This document shows, piece after piece, positions 57,917 to 64,000 of a stretch of 64,000 nucleotides of DNA. How positions within the stretch are numbered: the first letter of the stretch is position 1; each line of letters begins with the position of its first letter. This DNA is from Patescibacteria group bacterium (GTDB lineage: Bacteria > Patescibacteriota > Dojkabacteria > J137), in the NCBI GenBank assembly GCA_016861265.1, contig BOLA01000001.1, positions 852,136 to 916,135 of the forward strand, in the 5' to 3' direction. A program made the translations under genes and the position numbers. The notes below the pieces were generated by a model. It was not told the origin of the DNA. It saw only the letters and a list, made by a program, of their open reading frames with translations, and made no database searches.

Positions 57917-58368
57917 TTGGTAATATCTACCAGTATAGATTTATTTCCTACCTGTGTATTGAATAATACATTTTTAACTAGATCTACCAAGTCGTTTACG
58001 TCTGTATCGGATTTTGCGGCATAAGAATGTGCTCCAAGTCCCATTAACTGCTTTATTACAAGGTCTCCACCCATATTGCTAATTACTACAAATTTGGGTT
58101 TTCTATCAGGAATATTTTTAAAGTGTTGTAATGTTTCAAATCCGTCCATTCTAGGCATAAAAACGTCTAGTAAAACTAAATCGTAGTTATTATTCTCTAT
58201 TTTTTCTATACATTCTTTTCCATCGCCTGCGTAATCAATAACAAAATCAAAATATCTCAAAAGAATTTCGCCAAAAATTTCTCTAGCTTCGGGCTCATCA
58301 TCTACAATTAGGATTCTATTAAAAACAGGAGTGTCATTTGAGTCTGACGAAGATGCTATATCTGCCAT
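57913..58368 (-). CDS. single-domain response regulator (CheY-like receiver)
   Basis: ILIVDDEPEAREI...YDLVLLDVFMPRMDGF...KFVVIS, with the phospho-acceptor Asp context. 151 aa. Confidence 0.7.
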   Translation of the reverse strand: MADIASSSDSNDTPVFNRILIVDDEPEAREIFGEILLRYFDFVIDYAGDGKECIEKIENNNYDLVLLDVFMPRMDGFETLQHFKNIPDRKPKFVVISNMGGDLVIKQLMGLGAHSYAAKSDTDVNDLVDLVKNVLFNTQVGNKSILVDITN

Positions 58369-58559
58369 TGTTGAAGCATAATATTTTATAAGGGAATTAT
58401 ATTTTGAAATTTAAATTCTGTCAAACCCTTTTGGAAAGTTCTATATCTAGTAACAAATTCCCGGATATATACTACATATTTTTTATATTAAATACAATGA
58501 GCATTGCTGTAATTATGCGTAGTATTATAATGATATAATCAATTGATTAACTAAATATT

Positions 58560-60023
58560 ATGGACATTAGAACAAGATTTGCTCCAAGCCCAACAGGCTC
58601 TTTGCATATTGGTGGTATTAGAACTGCTTTATATTGTTACGCCTGGGCAAAAAAGAATAGCGGAAAATTTATTGTAAGAATTGAAGATACTGACCAGACT
58701 CGTTTTGTAGAGGGTGCAACAGAGGAAGTTTTTGAAATGCTGAATGCTTATGGCCTTAACCCTGATGAAAGTATGAACAATGGGGGCGATTACGGGCCAT
58801 ACATACAAAGCCAACGAAAAGATATTTATTTAAAATATGCAGAAGAATTAATAAAGAAGGGTTATGCATATTATTGTTTCTTGGAACCAGAGGAATTAAA
58901 AATTCTACAGGAAGCAACAAGAGGTACAGGTTTTAGGTCTAAATATAGAGATCAGGATATAGAAACTTCTAAAAAAATGGTAGACGAAGGTAAGCCCTAT
59001 GTAATAAGGCTTAAAGTTCCTGAGAATGAAACTATAATCTATAAAGATGGTGTTCAAGGAAGTATAAAATTCGATACAAATCTTGTTAATGACGAAATTC
59101 TAATTAAATCCAATGGATTTGGGTCTTATCATTTGGCTGTTGTAGTTGACGACCACCTAATGAAGGTCAGTCATGTATTTAGAGCTGTGGAGTGGTTACC
59201 GAGTACACCAAAGCAAATTCTTTTATATAGATATTTAGGTTGGGAAATGCCTCCTTTCTATCATGTGAGCGCAATCCTCGATCCATCGGGAGGAAAGTTG
59301 TCGAAAAGAAAAGGCTCAGTATCTGCTAAGGGTTTTCTACAAGACGGTTATCTACCAGAAGCAATGCTTAATTTCTTAATGTTATTAGGTTGGTCTTCTC
59401 CGGAGAAAAGGGAATTCGGTGAGAAAGAAAGAGAAATCTACTCTCTCGAAGAATTTGTAGAATTATTCGATGTTAAAGATTTCAATAAAAGCAATCCTGT
59501 ATTTAATAGGGAAAAGTTAACATGGTTCAATAAAGAGTATTTTAAAATTAAAACTAACGCAGAATTGAAGGAGAGTTTTATAAATTGGTTTAAGGAATAC
59601 TCCGAAGATATTGATTTAAGCAATTATATTCTTCAGGATTACGATCTTGAAGAAAAGATAGGCCTAGTAAAAGAAAGAGCAACAACTTTAATGGAAATAT
59701 TAGAGCAAATTAAATTCTTCTATAAATCACCTAAAGATATAGATTGGAATATAAAACAAACTCAGAATACTATTGAAATTATTTCTGATTTAAAGAAAGA
59801 TTTTGTTGAAATGTTTACTGGTTTCGCTGATAATTCAAAAGAATGGAAGCATGAGGATTGGGAGCCAAGAATGAGATCAATTGGAGATAAGTATTCAAAA
59901 AAACATGGAGATATATTTATGGTACTTAGAATGGCAATTGTAGGAAGTCCATTCTCTCCTCCATTGTTCGAATCTATGCAGTTATTAGGTAAGAATGAAG
60001 TGTTAAAAAGATTAACTGCCTAA
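58560..60023 (+). CDS. gltX: glutamyl-tRNA synthetase
   Basis: It carries RFAPSPTGSLHIGGIRTALY (HIGH) and KLSKR (KMSKS), and is 487 aa. Confidence 0.85.
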   Translation: MDIRTRFAPSPTGSLHIGGIRTALYCYAWAKKNSGKFIVRIEDTDQTRFVEGATEEVFEMLNAYGLNPDESMNNGGDYGPYIQSQRKDIYLKYAEELIKKGYAYYCFLEPEELKILQEATRGTGFRSKYRDQDIETSKKMVDEGKPYVIRLKVPENETIIYKDGVQGSIKFDTNLVNDEILIKSNGFGSYHLAVVVDDHLMKVSHVFRAVEWLPSTPKQILLYRYLGWEMPPFYHVSAILDPSGGKLSKRKGSVSAKGFLQDGYLPEAMLNFLMLLGWSSPEKREFGEKEREIYSLEEFVELFDVKDFNKSNPVFNREKLTWFNKEYFKIKTNAELKESFINWFKEYSEDIDLSNYILQDYDLEEKIGLVKERATTLMEILEQIKFFYKSPKDIDWNIKQTQNTIEIISDLKKDFVEMFTGFADNSKEWKHEDWEPRMRSIGDKYSKKHGDIFMVLRMAIVGSPFSPPLFESMQLLGKNEVLKRLTA

Positions 60024-60053
60024 ACCTAAAAAATGGTGTAGAATAATGCAGTT

Positions 60054-61115
60054 ATGTCCCAAATTCGAAAGAAAAATTCTAAACAATATATTGGCGGCTT
60101 TGGTCTATTTTCAGAAATAAAAAGACGAATAGTCAGTAGATTATTCTGGGGAAGAAGTTCGCTTTATAAGAATGTTGTCCACGTTCTAGTCATTTTTATT
60201 ACCATATCTGTTACGTTAAGTGGAATAATATATCGAGTTTCAGATGTTAGCGCGAGCGGCTCCGCATTAAGTGGTGAATATACAATCGGAACAAATGATT
60301 TACTAACCCAAGGGGGTTCTATTGCCACTGTACTTAGAACTGATAATACAAACCTTAGCGCACTTCAGAACAGAAGGTACACCGTTCAATCGGGTGATAC
60401 TTTAGAGTCTATTGCAAACTCCTATAGTGTTTCTATGGATACAATCAGATGGGCAAATCCTAATTTAATTAGTCCTTTTACTAACGATATTCAAGCAGGC
60501 TGGGAATTGGCAATTCCTGAAATTAATGGAGTTTTATATACTGTTAGAGATAACCAATCCCTAGACGATATTATTTCATTGACTAGTGTAAATAACAACG
60601 AGTCCAACAGGTTTAACATTATTGAGTTGAATCAACTTGAGCCTCCCTATTCTTTGCGAGCCGGAACAAAGCTATTTATTCCCGATGGTAATTTATATAC
60701 GCAAAGCGTAAATGTTGAGGGAATTCCTAGAGGCGTATTTGTAAATCCATTATCCAGTGAGGACTGCAGTGGGTATATTTATCAGAGAGGTTTTACTTCC
60801 TATCACGATGGAGTGGACTTATCGAAATGGGACGGATGTACAATCGAAGCCATGGCCAACGGAACAGTTTACTATGCAGGTTGGGAGACTCTTTCCGGTC
60901 TTTGTGTAAAAATTGATCATGGTGGAGGAATTCATACATACTATTATCATTTGCAAGATATATACGTTAAAGCTGGAGATAGAATTCAGCAGGGCGACAA
61001 AATCGGTTACATGGGATCTACTGGAAACAGTACAGGAACTCATTTGCACTTTGTGTTAAAAAAAGACTTTATTCCTGTAGACCCGGAACCATATGTTCCA
61101 TATAATAAGTATTAA
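60054..61115 (+). CDS. LysM-domain peptidase M23 (peptidoglycan endopeptidase)
   Basis: It has two LysM repeats (YTVQSGDTLESIANSY; YTVRDNQSLDDIISL) and an M23 core YHDGVDL...GYMGSTGNSTGTHLHFVL, with an N-terminal TM. Confidence 0.8.
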   Translation: MSQIRKKNSKQYIGGFGLFSEIKRRIVSRLFWGRSSLYKNVVHVLVIFITISVTLSGIIYRVSDVSASGSALSGEYTIGTNDLLTQGGSIATVLRTDNTNLSALQNRRYTVQSGDTLESIANSYSVSMDTIRWANPNLISPFTNDIQAGWELAIPEINGVLYTVRDNQSLDDIISLTSVNNNESNRFNIIELNQLEPPYSLRAGTKLFIPDGNLYTQSVNVEGIPRGVFVNPLSSEDCSGYIYQRGFTSYHDGVDLSKWDGCTIEAMANGTVYYAGWETLSGLCVKIDHGGGIHTYYYHLQDIYVKAGDRIQQGDKIGYMGSTGNSTGTHLHFVLKKDFIPVDPEPYVPYNKY

Positions 61116-62431
61116 TGCTTAAAATTAATTGGACTACAAAATATTTACTTCTGTTAGGAATGCTTTCTATAACCACATTTCTGTGGATTTTTACCAAGCT
61201 GAGCATTGAACAAGTAAATCTACTAGATAAACCTTTCCGGAACTTAGCACAACTATTAGGCTTATTAGCGATAAATTTTTTTACAGTTAATTTTATTCTT
61301 GCAACAAGATTTTATTTTATTGAAAAGTTATTCGGTGGACTCGATAAAATGTACAAGTTTCATAAATTTGTTGCTAGGATTGCATTTACTCTCGCTTGGG
61401 CACATCCAATATTGCTTATATTAGAAAACTTCATGGGTACGGCAACAATTCAAAGATATTTTTTGTTCGGGAGTAATACTCGTTGGAATGCCGGAATGGC
61501 GGCTCTCTATTTAATGACGCTACTTGTGTTATTTAGTGTTACAAAGTTTTTACCTTATCACATATGGAAGAACTCCCATAGATTTATGGTTTTTGTGATG
61601 GGCTTTCTATTTATTCATGTACTAACTGCTCCAGGAAGTGTAGATGCTAATGTTTTTCTTAAGCTCTGGATTATTGGATTAATTACTGTTGCAATCTTAT
61701 GCTGGTTATATATAGAACTACTATACAAAAGAATTGGTCCGGTTTTTTATTATAAAGTTACAAGTAATAATAAAATAGGAGCAATAAATGAATTAATTCT
61801 CGAACCACAAAATCGACCCATGACTTATAAGGCAGGACAATTTACCTTTTTATCCTTCCTGAATAATAAAAATATATCAAGAGAATTGCATCCATTCACA
61901 ATTTCTTCCAATCCGCATGAATATCATATTAGAATATCTGCAAAAGATTCTGGTGACTATACCTCGGAGCTATTTAACGCAAAGCCAGGAGATCTGGTTA
62001 AACTTATTGGTCCTTATGGTTATTTTACAAGGGATCGATTGCTTAATTCCAGAAAACAAATCTGGATTGCAGGAGGAATTGGTATTACTCCATTCTTAAG
62101 TATGCTTGCTGCCGAGAGTGCTGAACCATCGGGCAATAAGATAAACCTATTTTATACAGTTAAATCAGAACAGGAAGCCGTGTATAAGGATGAACTAATA
62201 AAAAATTCTGACCAAATAACAGATTTAGAATTGACTCTTAACTTCGACTCAATTGAAGGATACTTAACAGCAAAAAGAATTGAAGAAAACTTAGACTATA
62301 ATATTAAAGAAGCAAGTATTCTGCTATGCGGTCCCACACAAATGATGCATTCACTTAGGAAACAATTCATGGATATGGGATTAGATAGTGAACAAATAAT
62401 ATTCGAGGACTTTGCTTTGAAACCTGTGTAG
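61115..62431 (+). CDS. ferric reductase / NADPH oxidase (NOX)-like transmembrane flavoprotein
   Basis: It has a 6-TM ferric-reductase-like domain with heme-ligand His residues, the FAD motif HPFTISS and the NAD(P)H motif GGIGITPFLSML. Confidence 0.65.
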   Translation: MLKINWTTKYLLLLGMLSITTFLWIFTKLSIEQVNLLDKPFRNLAQLLGLLAINFFTVNFILATRFYFIEKLFGGLDKMYKFHKFVARIAFTLAWAHPILLILENFMGTATIQRYFLFGSNTRWNAGMAALYLMTLLVLFSVTKFLPYHIWKNSHRFMVFVMGFLFIHVLTAPGSVDANVFLKLWIIGLITVAILCWLYIELLYKRIGPVFYYKVTSNNKIGAINELILEPQNRPMTYKAGQFTFLSFLNNKNISRELHPFTISSNPHEYHIRISAKDSGDYTSELFNAKPGDLVKLIGPYGYFTRDRLLNSRKQIWIAGGIGITPFLSMLAAESAEPSGNKINLFYTVKSEQEAVYKDELIKNSDQITDLELTLNFDSIEGYLTAKRIEENLDYNIKEASILLCGPTQMMHSLRKQFMDMGLDSEQIIFEDFALKPV

Positions 62432-62486
62432 CATATAATAAATTATTAGTGTTTTGATTAGTTTGTAGGCCTAAAGGCAAATAAAA

Positions 62487-64000
62487 ATGGATTTATCAAC
62501 ATTCCTTCTAATAATTGGAGCTTTTATAGTATTTACTTTTGTAGCTAATATTGTTCTGCAAAGATATTACAACCTCTTAACGAAAGTTAACGAAACTATA
62601 AAGGATAAAGTCATATTAAAAATTGCGGTTCCCGTTAAAAACGACAAGAAAGCATTGGCAGCGGAACAGCTTTTTCAATCCCTGCATGGAATATTAAAAG
62701 GTGACAAGGCATCAAAGGATCTTTACTCTTTCGAAATTTTTGCGGCAAACCACGGAATATATTTTGTTGTGGTCTGCTCAAACCGATATAGAACTTTCCT
62801 TGAGAATCAAATTTACGCCCAATACCCTGAAGCTCAACTAAACGTAGTTCCAGATTATTCTGTACTTCACCCACTAGACAAAGTTTCTATAACTGAATTA
62901 GGGCTAACCAAGGATTTCTTTTTGCCAATTAGAACTTTTACAAGTTTCGAAGTTGACCCTCTGGCGTCAATAACTAGTGCCGTATCAAATTTAACTCCAG
63001 GCTTTGAAGTGTGGATTCAACTCTTAACAAGGCCAATAGATAATGAATGGCAGGTAAAGGGTAAAGAATATGTTGAGAAGCTTAAAAATCAAAAAGATTC
63101 TGAAGGTAATAAGAAGGATCCAGATTCTGCTCTCGCAGAAACATTTAAAGATATTTCAACTAAGTCGGATAAGGTTGGTTTTCAGTTTAAAGTTAGGATT
63201 CTAGCAAAGGGACCAGACGAAAGTATTGTAAAAAGCCTAGTTGAAGATACAGAGGCTGCATTTAAGCAATTCCAAACAACAAAATTGAATAGTATTGGAA
63301 AATCAAAACAAAAGAAAAAGAATGCTCTCGAAAAGTGGCTCGATAATATAAACAAAAAATTAACCTTCTTCTTTTCTGGAAAAAGACTGGGGGATAATCT
63401 TAACTCTATTCAAAAGTATCAGTTAAGGTATTTAGACGAAAGGGAAAAAAATATCGCAAACATTGAAGAACTAGCATCTTTATATCATTTACCAAATGAA
63501 TCCGTAAAAACACCAAATATTGCATGGGCAAAATCTAAAAAGTTAGAATTCCCATTAAATCTGCCGGTTCTTAGACAGAATCCTGCAGAAAACAAAGGTA
63601 TTCGTGCTTTAGCGCTAACGGATTATAGAAATATACATATACCTTTTGGCATAAAGGCAGAAGACAGAAGAAGGCACATGTACCTATTAGGAAAAACCGG
63701 TACAGGTAAATCAACTTTCTTAAAGAATATGATTGTTGGAGATATATTAGACGGTAATGGTTTAGCAGTATTAGATCCTCACGGCGATTTAGTAGAAGAG
63801 ATTCTAGACTTAATACCTGAGTATAGAATTAAAGATGTAATTTATCTTGACCCATCTGATATGGAATATCCAATAGGTTTAAACATGTTGGATATTAAAG
63901 AAGGAGAAACATTAGATTTATTAGCAGATGGTATTGTAAATGTATTTAAAAAATTCTTTGGCGAAATGAGTTGGGGACCTAGGCTTCAGCACTTGCTATA
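62487..64000 (+). CDS. partial (3'-truncated by the window end) P-loop ATPase of the TrwB/VirD4/TraD (type IV coupling protein)-like family with an N-terminal TM
   Basis: The frame is open from the ATG at 62487 to the window end and is not in the ORF track because there is no stop. Walker A YLLGKTGTGKSTFL is followed by AVLDPHGDL, as in TrwB (GATGTGKSV...IVDPNGD). The N-terminal TM reads LLIIGAFIVFTFVANIVL. Confidence 0.5.
   Translation, partial: MDLSTFLLIIGAFIVFTFVANIVLQRYYNLLTKVNETIKDKVILKIAVPVKNDKKALAAEQLFQSLHGILKGDKASKDLYSFEIFAANHGIYFVVVCSNRYRTFLENQIYAQYPEAQLNVVPDYSVLHPLDKVSITELGLTKDFFLPIRTFTSFEVDPLASITSAVSNLTPGFEVWIQLLTRPIDNEWQVKGKEYVEKLKNQKDSEGNKKDPDSALAETFKDISTKSDKVGFQFKVRILAKGPDESIVKSLVEDTEAAFKQFQTTKLNSIGKSKQKKKNALEKWLDNINKKLTFFFSGKRLGDNLNSIQKYQLRYLDEREKNIANIEELASLYHLPNESVKTPNIAWAKSKKLEFPLNLPVLRQNPAENKGIRALALTDYRNIHIPFGIKAEDRRRHMYLLGKTGTGKSTFLKNMIVGDILDGNGLAVLDPHGDLVEEILDLIPEYRIKDVIYLDPSDMEYPIGLNMLDIKEGETLDLLADGIVNVFKKFFGEMSWGPRLQHLL

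Noticed and set aside
1-64000. CRISPR arrays and alternative genetic code (UGA recoding)
   Set aside because: No regularly spaced direct repeats were found. Long housekeeping ORFs (secA, clpC, pyrG and the 2473-aa gene) are intact under the standard code, so there is no evidence for code 25 or code 4.

Overview
This is an AT-rich (about 35% GC) bacterial chromosomal window that uses the standard genetic code, since the long ORFs are intact with no in-frame UGA. The backbone is housekeeping genes: tgt, gpmI, pyrG, prmC, hsp20, an aldo-keto reductase, three tryptophanyl-tRNA-synthetase-family paralogs, clpC/clpB-type, secA, mraY, lepA, prfB (RF2), gltX, tRNA-Lys(UUU) and tRNA-Arg(UCG). It also carries many secreted or membrane hypothetical proteins and an unusually rich set of cell-wall hydrolases: a 2473-aa multi-domain SGNH/M15/M23 protein, a LysM-M23 protein and a GH18 protein. 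The lineage cannot be placed from sequence alone; the content would fit a reduced, possibly episymbiotic, low-GC bacterium. Five features stand out. (1) Five short GC-rich islands (about 50-58% GC) lie in intergenic positions. Each is a self-contained cassette with a near-consensus sigma70 promoter, a strong SD, a small secreted or membrane ORF and GC-rich hairpin terminators; one island is a roughly 600-nt highly structured non-coding RNA candidate. (2) A putative 6-kb integrative element carries a large serine recombinase whose 3' end overlaps tRNA-Arg. Inside it is a replication or transfer-origin-like nest of inverted repeats followed by a C-free purine tract. (3) A three-gene minus-strand operon beside tRNA-Lys encodes a PF14907-like nucleotidyltransferase, an HprK-like P-loop kinase and a small Ser-terminated protein. 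This resembles RiPP/lasso-peptide tailoring modules but has no cyclase. (4) Three TrpRS-family genes cluster with a catalytically degenerate TrpD-like protein. (5) The window ends in a partial TrwB/VirD4-like P-loop ATPase. Coordinates for hand-derived RNA and regulatory features are approximate (+/- 2 nt).
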